NCBI RefSeq assembly: GCF_964355755.1
Contig: NC_092671.1
Coordinates: 1,736,001-1,800,000, forward strand
From: Antedon mediterranea
Lineage: Eukaryota > Animalia > Echinodermata
DNA: 64,000 bases
Reading direction: 5' to 3'
This document shows positions 29,901-41,900 of the stretch, piece by piece (within the stretch, counting starts at the first letter, position 1; each line of letters begins with the position of its first letter). Position numbers and translations under genes: made by a program. A model generated the notes under the pieces. That model was not told where the DNA came from and did not search any database. It saw only the letters and a program-made list of their open reading frames with translations.

Positions 29901-32900
29901 CATTACATCATGCGTTCACCGGCACGTCAACGTAAATTTTTACTTAATCTAAACGTTCATATATCTGTCGACGAGTAACAGTCGACTATGACCCATGTGG
30001 ACATGAAATTCGTTCACTTTCATTCAAATCTAAAAGTCCCTATTGCTAGCATGGTGTGTTCATTGTGATTCATTCTACCCTCCACAATTCCAGGTGCCAA
30101 ATCCCAACATCTTCATTATTCAAAAATAAATTCATAATGAAGTTAATATTTTTGTATGCTACACCAGATATAAAAATCGTTCAAGTTGAGGCAACATTGG
30201 AATACTAAATATAATTTGAAAGAGTAGACTTACCATTCTGTACTGTTTAGTTAACATCATTTTCTTTTTCTGATAACGCTCAAGTAGAGATATTTCCATA
30301 CCTAAATGCTTTGCACGTTCCTCAGTAATGATTGGTCTGAAAACAAAGACAACTATAATGAAGCTCTAAATTTATAAAGATAATTTCTACCCTTTCCTTC
30401 AGTTCTTTCATGCATGATCATCATAATCTTACCTCAACTGTTTGTGATCTCCAATAAGTACAACTTGGTAAGGTGAACACATAACAAGAGGGATAAGAGA
30501 CTCAGGTTCACTACACATCCCTGCTTCGTCTATGATACACTGTCTAATGCTGCAGTATTCTTTGATGAATTTTGAACCAGCTAAATTGCAAGTTGCTAAG
30601 ATTATTTGATATTTCTTAAGTTCTTCTTTCTGCAAATTATTAAGTTGTGCACAAGTTCAATGAATTAATACATAATTGTTGTTTCTACTGTATTATGATA
30701 TATTATAATTAATTTGTATTAACTATTTTAGCTCTTATCAATTTTTTTCCCACAAGGTTCTTATTCAGCACCTATACATGCTTTCACTGTTATCCATTAG
30801 CTTCCCATTTTCCATTTGGTTGGGTTATATGCATAAACAGCAATTAGAATTTACCTTTGCTAATTCTATCAGTTGCAAATATTCAATAATTCTTTCTGGA
30901 CCTGAATATTCTTTGAATTCCTCATCTAGCTGTATTATTTTGGCACTCATTGAATTACCACTCTTTCTGATGAGATGGTGCAATGCAATGTTGACATGGT
31001 CAGGGTCAGTAGAGGTCTGTATATCTGCCTTCCTTCCAATATTTTTCTCCCATGGCAATGGAAAATCTTTCTTCTCAATAGTTTCACTGTAAACCCGGAC
31101 AATAGTTAAATCTGGAAACTCCTTTAAATATCCTAAATTGAACAAATTTACTACTGGTTTAGTGTTTTGTGTTTGCTTGAGACGAAGAAATGTTATCATT
31201 AACTGAATAAAGAAAACCAGGAGCTTAGGTTCACATCAGCATGACGGTTTGAGTTTAAGGGGCCCAATGCAAATACTCAGCCCTTTGAACCACCCCACAT
31301 TGCTTTACGCCACTGCCACTAGTATGAGTGTGACTTGTAGTCATTGATTGCATGTAATTATTTTATTTTGAGCTGTCAAAATGAAAATATAAACATTACC
31401 TGCCACAACATCGACAGACTTATTAGATGGTCCGCAGTACAGCACCTGCCTTTTACCAGTTGAAGGTATTTGGGTGTTCATCTCGGAAAAGTAGTATGCA
31501 ATTTGTGCTCCAGTCACTGTTTTCCCAGTGCCTTGATTTAATAAATATATAACAAATATTTTGAATCAATTATAAACTAAAATTGTTTAATGTAAATGAA
31601 TTCATAAACTTGAGTAGCCCAGAGCTTTTTGTTGTAAGAAAATGTCATTAGTGTAAAATTCAATTTTATTTAGACCATATCATTTTTATTAGAGTGTACC
31701 TGGAGGTCCCTGTATAACTCTAAATGAATTTTCCAGAGCTGTCTTTATAGCTTTTTTTTGGTCCTTATTTGGTGGTGGTAAAGCTACACCTCTTATTCCT
31801 GTAATTTCAGGAATTCGTTTTATAGAGTCTGTTGAAAAAAAATTGTATAAAACTTAATGTTAGTATTAGCAGTAGCAAATATTAGTAATTGCGCTTATAG
31901 AATCTGTACTTTCTACCTAACAAAATAAAAAATGATCTTTATGATATGACAGTATCAACTTTCAAATCACAAATTTCAAAACTTTAATTTTAATTCAAAA
32001 CTAAATCTAATTAATGCTCAATGATTAAAACTTCTTTTATCTTGTTTCAAAATCTCAATTATTTATGTTTTAACCTTTAAATGTGCTTACTTTAATTGTG
32101 TTAATTTGATTTTGATAATTTTAGGTTTAATTTTATATTTTCTTTTGTCCATTTATATACTGTATTCTGTTTACATTTATGTAGTTAAGAACTGAACCAC
32201 TTTGGAAATCAGTACATTGTATTGAAAGTGTATTTCAGAATAAAGAAAGATTAAATAAATATAGAAAGTTGGACTGATTTTTACCATCTTTTAACAAATT
32301 TTGCCTTATCACAAGCAGTAGCTAAAAGGACATTATAAATAAACTTATATTAACGCTGAAGAATTATGAACCAAATAAATAACAATTGAAGGCTGTTTGT
32401 GGCTTGGTGGTTATGATGCTTGGCTACCACTCCAAGGGTCCTGGGTTCAAGTCCCGTCACATGTCAGGATTTTTTCTAAGGACAAAATTACAACTCCACT
32501 CCTAAAGACTTGTAATAAGACTTTGTTTATGTAGAGCATCTTGTATATGTTTGTCTTGTGAACCTCTGAGGGTCCCTAATGATCAGCAATTGCTGGATGG
32601 ATCACCCTCATTAAATATATGGTGTAAAAAAAAAAAAAAAAAAAATGCATTGTTGAGAAAAAGAATTTGAAATCATTACTAGCTGTTTTCTCTATTCCTG
32701 TGCAATTTGTTTATTTATTGCACAGATTAGCAAAACATTATTTTCAATATATAAATTTAGAAAAATAGTATTTACCATCTTTTCTTCCACCCAGCATAAG
32801 AACAATGTCTTTGTTGAGCCGCGACTTTCCACTACTAAGACTTTTTACAGCATCTCCTAGCCGCCTAAATAATAAATTAAATTAGTTTAATTAGTGTTTA

Positions 32901-35900
32901 ATTATTCATTTAAATTTATAGTCTTTCCATGTCTTACTGAGTGTACATCTTTAAAAATTACTTACATTCTTAATCCAACAAGTTAGGTATCCTTACTGAA
33001 CCAGATTTGTGAATTTACAAAAGGCAAAGAAAAAAAGATCCCTTGTATCTCATTCTTAAGTTTTGGGATCAAAATACTTACTGATCTGATATTCCTTTTT
33101 GAATGACCTCAATAGTACAAAGATGTTTCATCTTTTGCTGTTGATAAAGTATACTCCATGGCAGTTTTGAGGCAGACTGATTTAGTCTTATGACAATCTT
33201 TGTTGATTCCCTATCATTTGAGGTGACCTCTGTTATGTAGCAGTGGCCAACCCATGCATTCTTGACACCAGAAAGATTCTGACCTTTGTGGGATATGTAA
33301 TCACCACGATACCGCACACATAAATAGTCAGAACAGTTGAATCTGAAACAGAAAAGCTTATAAAAATATATAAATGTAGAAAAAAAATGTATTTAAATTT
33401 ATTTAAATATATTCAACCTAAGATCTTAGTCCAGTTAAAAGTATATCAATACCAACTGTATCTTCATGTATCTTTTTTACCCCCACCCCTCCTTTGTTTT
33501 CCATTTATTTTTTATTAAAAGAAAATCAATAATAGACAAGAAGTTCCAATAAATTAAATTCTTAAAATTGAGCCAACAACGTAACCCTATAAATATAGAA
33601 TTTCACTCTCCTATAGGAGGGTTAAGGAGGAGGTACTCAACTTGTTGGTCCAATAAACCTGTGTAGCAGACCTACCACATAGCTTTTAAACAATTCAACA
33701 TTTACTTTTAATTTGATTATTTATACATCCTCTATATATCTCTTTATTTAACCTCACATTGACAGGTTACCTTCACTTTTCTAGCTAATGGATTTTAAGA
33801 ATGTTAATGACTCTAACAGAAAACCACATTAATTCTCTTAATCCTAATTGGTCAGATGAGATGGGCCAAGCCCAATATTACCATGCACTGACCACATTAT
33901 TAACACACTCTTTTCTCAACCAGCATCTTAGCTACACCGTTTATTGCATTGTCTTATCAAATATTGTATATTGTATATTTTATCTATTTATTGAGAATCC
34001 TCACTTGATTCACTTGGAATAAATTGCATAGTTTAATACTGTATACATTTAGTAGTTGTTTTATTTTACCGTTGCGCCGACAATTACTAAAGTGGTGACC
34101 CTCGACTTTCTTATACCGAATTTAACTTAAAATGGAAGGACAACAGCAACAACGACAGCTACCGCAACCTCCAGCACAACCCCAGCACCAGGCCAATTTC
34201 TCCTGACGCAGCAACCGTCAACAGGCCAATTTCTTCTGTAGCGTTGAAACTGCCTCCATACTGGCCCAATGATCCGATATTGTGGTTCACCCAAGTGGAA
34301 GCACAGTTCACAACGTGTGGGATTACAGTAGATGCTACAAAATACGCTTACTTAGTCGGATCATTGCAACCTGAAATTGCGCAGGAAGTTCGGGATCTAC
34401 TGATAACAGGTATGTGAACTTGAAAGATACCTTAATACGTCGGACAACTGACTCCGACCAACAGCGCCTCCGCCAACTCCTGACGGCCGAGGAGTTGGGG
34501 GATAGGAAACCGTCGCAATTATACCGACGGATGTTACAACTCTTAGGCGACAGGCCACTCGAATCTTCAATTATGAAACAACTATTCTTAAGTCGCCTCC
34601 CAACTAATGTACAGCTTATCCTAGCTTCCACCAAGGATGAGTTGGACCTGGGAAGCTTGACATCATTGGCTGACAAAATTATTGAAGTATCTGTAACTGC
34701 AACTGCGCCAACAAGTGTATCGGCAGTACACACGGACAATACACCCTCCTTGTCTGCGACCCTTGAAACCCTGCAAAAACAGATTCAACAACTGTCAACA
34801 CAAGTTAATTCCTTGCAATCTGACAGACTGCACAACAGACATCAAAGTCGCAGCACAAGTCGACATCAAAATCGATCGAGTGGTAGGCATTCATCTCCTG
34901 CTCACCCTAACAGTACCAATCGCTCAGCTCAACATTCAAACAACACTCCTCAACTCTGTTGGTACCATGACAAATTTGGAGTAAATGCTCGAAAATGCAA
35001 TCCGCCGTGTTCGGAAAACTCCAACGCCGACAACTAAATGCGACGAATGTTGCTGGCCGTCAAATCGTAAGTCGCCTTTTCTTTATTGTAAATAAATTAT
35101 CAAAACAACGTTTCCTCAGAGACACTGGGGCAGAAGTTAGCGTTGTTCCACCTACTCGCCATGAGCGTCTACATAGGCGACAAGAGTCTACTTTGACTGC
35201 CGCAAATAATACATCTATCAACACTTATGGACATCGCTCTGTAACCTTAGACTTAGGTTTGAGACGAACATCTCAATGGTTATTTGTTGTCGCAGACGTC
35301 ACACACCCCATCATAGGGGCTGATTTTTTAAGACATTTTGGACTGTTAGTCGATATGAATAATCGACGACTCATTGACACTACCACCAACCTGAGTATTC
35401 AAGGTGTTGCCTCCAAAACTTCGCCTCTCGGTCTTATATTTACCACCCTTGAGGCTAAGTCCAATTGGGACTACATTCTTACAAAATTCCCAAACATTAC
35501 ACGCCCTTGTTATCAGGAAGCGTCGCTAAAACACGATGTGACACATCATATTCAGACCCATGGTCCACCAATTTCGTCACATCCTCGACGGCTCGCACAT
35601 GACCGCTGCAAAACAGTCAGACATGAATTTGAACACATGATGCAGCTTGGAATTATACGCCCCTCTAAAAGTAACTGGGCATCACCTTTACATATGGTGC
35701 CTAAGAAAACTCCTGGGGATTGGCGTCCCTGTGGGGATTATCGAGCATTGAACAATGCTACTGTTGCAGATCGGTATCCTATCCCGTACATGCACGATTT
35801 TACAGCATCTCTGCACGGATCCACTATATTTTCTAAGATTGATCTCGTCCGAGCTTACCATCAGATACCAGTTGAACCTGCTGATGTTCATAAAACAGCA

Positions 35901-38900
35901 ATTACTACACCATTTGGACTTTTTGAATTTCTTAGAATGCCATTTGGCCTCCGCAATGCCGCTCAAACTTTTCAACGTTTTATTGATCAGGTAACGCGTG
36001 GATTGGATTTTTGCTACGCTTATATCGACGACCTGCTTGTTGCAAGTTCCAACGCCGAGGAACACGAAACTCATCTTCATCAACTATTCACACGTCTTAA
36101 TGAGTATAGCGTTGTTCTCAACCCAGCGAAATGCCAATTTGGAGTTTCGTCACTCGAGTTTCTTGGACATCATGTTGATTCGCAAGGTGTCCGACCACTT
36201 CAAGTAAAGGTCAAAGCGATACAAAACTTTCCACAACCAACTTCTTTACGCAAACTACGTGAATTCCTTGGACTTATTAACTTTTATAGGCGATTTATAC
36301 CGCAGTGTGCCCAGATTTTACAACCTGTCACAGCTCTACTTGTTGGGGCAGGTAAGAAACAGGATCTGGTATGGACCGACACAGCTTTATTGGGATTTAA
36401 TAATATTAAAGTCGCCCTCGCAAGTGCTACACTTCTCACCCATCCGCAGCCAGATGCACCTTTAAGTATCATGGTTGACGCTTCGGATGTGGCCATAGGG
36501 GGTATACTACAACAATGCATTGACAACAATTGGCAACCTATTTCATTTCATTTCATTTTTTCATTTCTTTATTCGACAACAAGCGGTCCAGGGGTTGCGA
36601 CAGCAACAGAGCGCCATAACACATTTGTGTTAACAGTTAAACATTTTCGTCATTCACTTGAAGGACGCTCATTTCATATTTTTACTGACCATAAGCCACT
36701 TGTGTATGCTTTACTCGCCAAACCAAATCGTCACTCGCCACGCGAAATCCGTCATCTCGATTTCATATCTCAATTCACAACGGACATACGCCATGTGAGT
36801 GGAAAAGCTAATGCAGCAGCTGATGCATTGTCGCGAATCGAACTTAATACTTTCAGTCACAACACAACTAACATTGTTGATTTTAGTCTTATTGCTGCTG
36901 CACAAAAGAATGACGATGAATTGCACAAGCTACTTGAATCACCGTCTTCACTACAATTTCAAAACTTTCCAATTCCAACTTCTGACTCTACAATTCTTTG
37001 TGATATTTTCAAAGGCAATCCACGTCCATATATCCCACAAGAATTCAGACGCATAATATTTGACACTCTACATTCGCTATCACATCCTGGTATACGAGCA
37101 ACACAACGTTTAATTACCGACCGTTTCGTATGGCCAGCAATCAATCGTGATGTACGACGATGGTCTCAAACATGCATTCAATGTCAACGTTCCCAAGTAC
37201 ACCGGCACACTGTTTCGCCACTCTCTACTTTTTCTACACCTGACGCCCGTTTTGACCATGTACATATAGATATTGTTGGACCTCTCCCTCCGTCAAATGG
37301 TTTTTCTTATTTACTCACTTTTATCGATCGTTTTACTCGATGGCCCGAAGCCGTACCTATTCCGGATATCACAGCCGATACTGTCGCACACGCATTTGTC
37401 AATCGATGGATCGCTTCATTCGGAATACCTTCAAACATTACAACAGATCGAGGAAGACAATTTGAATCTGCATTATTTCATTCACTCGCCAACTTACTAG
37501 GAACTAAGCACATTCATACAACTGCATACCATCCTATTGCGAACGGACTTGTAGAACGTTTTCATCGACATTTGAAGGGTTCTCTAAAAGCACATAATGA
37601 TTACACTAAATGGACAGAACATTTACCAATAGTACTTTTAGGCATTCGTACAGCCCTTAAGGCTGATCTAGGTCATAGTGCAGCTGAACTTGTTTATGGC
37701 ACTACTTTAAGATTACCTGGACAATTCTTTAATTCAAACTCTGAACATTGTGATTATTCTAATTATATTGATAGATTGCGTGATAATATGAGTAAACTAC
37801 GTCCCACACCTATCCGCACCAACTCTAACCGTAAATCCTATATCAATCAAGAAATATTTAATTGTACCCATGTTGTTGTTCGAAGTGACTCTGTTCGAAA
37901 ACCCTTACAACGTCCATATGATGGTCCATTTAAGGTATTAAGTCGAACAGACAAACACTTTGTTCTCGATCTAAATGGTCGACAGGACACAGTCAGTATT
38001 GATCGCTTAAAGGTAGCTCATTTGGATACTGATATATTTAAAAGCCAAGAGCAAACCCTCACTCCCAAGCTACAAGCATCACCCCTAGTTAAACCAACCA
38101 ACCCGTCACCCATTTTGGCAACCCCTCCCCGTACTACTCGTTCTGGTAGACATGTTCATTTCCCTCAACGTTTTGTCTCGTTCTATCATTAATTCTTTCA
38201 CTGGAAGGGGGCTCCTGTAGCAGACCTACCACATAGCTTTTAAACAATTCCAACATTTACTTTTAATTTGATTATTTATACATCCTCTATATATCTCTTT
38301 ATTTAACCTCACATTGACAGGTTACCTTCACTTTTCTAGCTAATGGATTTTAAGAATGTTAATGACTCTAACAGAAAACCACATTAATTCTCTTAATCCT
38401 AATTGGTCAGATGAGATGGGCCAAGCCCAATATTACCATGCACTGACCACATTATTAACACACTCTTTTCTCAACCTGCATCTTAGCTACACCGTTTATT
38501 GCATTGTCTTATTGTATATTTTATTTATTTATTGAGAATCCTCACTTGATTCACTTGGAATAAATTGCATAGTTTACTGTATACATTTAGTAGTTGTTTT
38601 ATTTTACCGTTGCGCCGACAATTACTAAACCTGTATTATAACTACTGCATTGCAGCAGAAGAAAAATTTGAGCATAGTTACTTTTGACATATATTCAATA
38701 TATTCAATATTCAATAAACTTTATTGTCAAACTCATAAATGGCTTGAAACTTTGGCTGAAAGTACACACATTAAAATTGTCTAAAAACATTGTCGCACTA
38801 ACAGTAAAAAAGAATAAAATCACATAAAACAGAGAACAAGATGTCATATAAAAAAGTTAAAAGAGGACACAAAAAGAACAAAATGAGTTAAAAATACAGA

Positions 38901-41900
38901 TTTAAAATACTTATTGCAGTTATCGTTTCCACCTTAAATTAAAATGCCTCATAGCAGATGGGAGAAAGGATCTACGTAGGCGTTCAGTGTTCCAGCGAGG
39001 ATATGTAATGCGCCCAGACCGGCTTAACGTAATGTACTGGTTAAGGGGGTGGCTAACATCTGACATAATAACTTTAAGCTTATTTGTAAGTGCGTTGTTA
39101 ACAACTTCATCTGATTTCTTAATATCGTTTCCTATTATCTTTTTGGCAGATTTACTTATTCTTTGTACTTTTTTCATGCATTGCTGGTTTAAATTGTTGA
39201 ACCAAACTAATGCATTAAAAGTTAAAACAGATAAAATAAAGTCAAGATCCTATTGCACACATGAAATTTCTTCAATCTTCTCAAAAAGTACAGTCGTTTA
39301 TAACAATTTGTGGTAACTAACTTAGTGTTTTCCTTCCAATTAAGTTTATCATCGATTACTGTGCCTAGATACTTAAAGTTACTAACAACTTCCACTTTAT
39401 CGTTTAATATACATAGCTTATCATGTGTTTTGTTACCTTTTCTAAAATCAATGATCAATTCTTTAGTCTTGTTAACATTTAATTTTAGATAGTTATTAGA
39501 ACACCAAGTAGAAAAATAACTGACATTATCAAAATATGACTTAGGGTCATCATGTTTTATCAGGCCAACTAGACCGGTGTCATCAGCGTATTTCACAGTA
39601 AAGCATTTGGTTAAAACTAGATCATCTGAACATTTAAAATCATTAGTATATAAAGAAAATAAAATAGGAGATAAAACACAACCTTGTGGTGCACCAGTAT
39701 TGCACATAAGTGTTTCTGAAGTATTATCATTAAAACAGACGAATTGTTCCCTATCTTTAAAAAAATTATTGATCCATAAAATAGTAGCTGGATTTATACC
39801 CAAGACATTCATTTTCTCCATTAAAATATGAGGTTGCAAAGTGGTTGTTTAACATTGAAATGGTGTAATTTAGAAATAATTCAAAATACAATTACCTTAT
39901 ACTTCGAGCTTTACAGAAGTTAGGCCGTAGCTGAAACACACCGCTGTAACTATCTGAATCAAATTTCCAATGGATTGATACATTTCGTATGATGAGGCTG
40001 TCATCTTCAGATACAGCATTTGATGCAGATTCCATTGATAGCACTGCCAACCAATGTCTCTGATATGTAGGTATGTCCTTCGCACCTCTGGGTTTATGAC
40101 TTGCTAACTGAGAGAAACATGTAACAGGATCAGAACGATGTTCTAAACATATGTCCAGTTCAGGTGTCAAGTTGAAGAGTTGGATTTTAGGTTCAAGAAT
40201 TCCTCGTTCAAGTCCTGCCATAAGTTTAACTTCAACAACGTGTCCTGGAGAATATTCTCTATTGAACTCTACAAAATGATGTCTGTTGCCATGTCTGTCT
40301 AAAACTTCTGATGTGACTTCCTTCTTCAACAGTTTTCCATTTGTACTTTTACCCATAGTTCTTTGATTTTTTTCTTTCTCAGTAGTTTCAATTTCTTGGG
40401 CAGCAAAATGCATTGCAGCTCGAATTTGATGGATATCATCATCTTCGATTCCAGAAAGAATTTCCTGCCAATAAGTACTATTAAAAGTAACAACAAAACG
40501 GTTCGCATCTAGTTCTCCTGCAATGCTGTCCATTTTCTGTAGAGCCTTTTTGGGTTCTGCTTTTGCATCATATATTTCTTGCTTCCATATCAAACAGATA
40601 GTATCTTCTTTAACATCTGGTTTCTTGAATGGCTTTAACATATTTAAACCCACATCTATGTTGTTTATTGGTATAACACTAGGAAAGTCAAAGGTAATAC
40701 ATTTGTCGGAAACTTGCTCCACAACAAGAAGACATGACATTGAAGACTCTTTCAATTTTAGAGCATTTGTTAACAACTTAGTGCTCTTTTCAAAAGCTGT
40801 AGCATTTGAAGACTTATTTGATGCATGATAGCATATGGAACTGATTTCTTCTTCAGTGTAAGGTATGTCTTGTTGGTTGATAGCTGCATCTACAAGGCGG
40901 TGCACAACGATGTCAATGTAACGTCTTATGGGAGATGTAAAGTGAGTGTAGAAGTCAATCTCAAGGAAATGATGTGCCAGATCTTGACCATCGGAAATGC
41001 TTTGACCAGAACATTTGTAATCTGACTTCTCTTGTATCCTGTTGTAGTGTGCCATCATCACAGAGAGCTTTGGATGTTTATTATCAGTACAAACAATCTT
41101 GATAATTTTCATCATATCGGCAAGACTGGCATCTGCACCATTCTTTATATTATTTACAACTTCAACCAATTGGTTCCATTCCCATGTCAGCATTGTAATT
41201 GTATTGCTTTTTTTACCGCATTTACAGACGTTATCACAATTACACTGTGAAGAATCAACATAGTCTTTAAACTTCCCTAACATCTCTTTACTGTTTCTGA
41301 TATCGGGTAAGTGTTTGGCTTGAAATTCCTGTAGCTTTTCAGGGTCTGGAGAGAGTTGCCTCCTGAGTGGCACACATTGAGGAAATCTTTCCATCAGATA
41401 ATCTGCGACAGCTTTGTTTGCAAGAACCATAAACTCTTCAATCAATGAATGTGCAAGAGGACATGATGCCTCTTCTTCATTTTCATCCTCATTGTATGAA
41501 AATCTGCCTTCCTTAAGGCGAGCTGTGCGAGTCTTCTGAGCTAATTCATTTAGTTTATTTATTGCAGTTACAATAGATGGTTTTAAATCATTGTTTCCGT
41601 TGTGAATGATGTCTTCTGCTTCTGTGTACGTGAATTTTTGTCTGGATTGAATCACAGATTTCACTATTTTTGTGCCAGAATGTAGGCCATCAGTACTGAT
41701 GTCCATAAACACAGACATTGTTAATCTATCCTTTCCTGGAATTAAACTGCACAAGTCATTACTAAGTCGTGATGGCAGCATGTTGATGGGAGCTGAAAGT
41801 GTTGGATAATATGTAGTGGCTCTCTTCTGTGCCTCTTCATCAAGCAATGTTTTGTTTCCTACAAAATAGCTGACATCGGCAATATGAACTCCAACTTCAT

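Larger units (their letters stand above)
33662..38629 (+). mobile_element. Full-length Ty3/gypsy LTR retrotransposon inside a HELZ2-like intron (antisense to host)
   Basis: Two near-identical LTRs, TSD CCTG (33658-33661 and 38630-38633), PBS, PPT, gag, and pol in PR-RT-RH-IN order. Confidence 0.97.

Noticed and set aside
32397-32470. tRNA gene
   Set aside because: A and B boxes are present, but the loop is 8 nt, there is no clear acceptor stem, and it continues into a body and poly(A) tail shared with 18238-18494. It is a SINE head.
35688-37500. Short alternative-frame and antisense ORFs within pol (also those within the HELZ2 exons)
   Set aside because: Shadow ORFs of real coding sequence, with no motifs.
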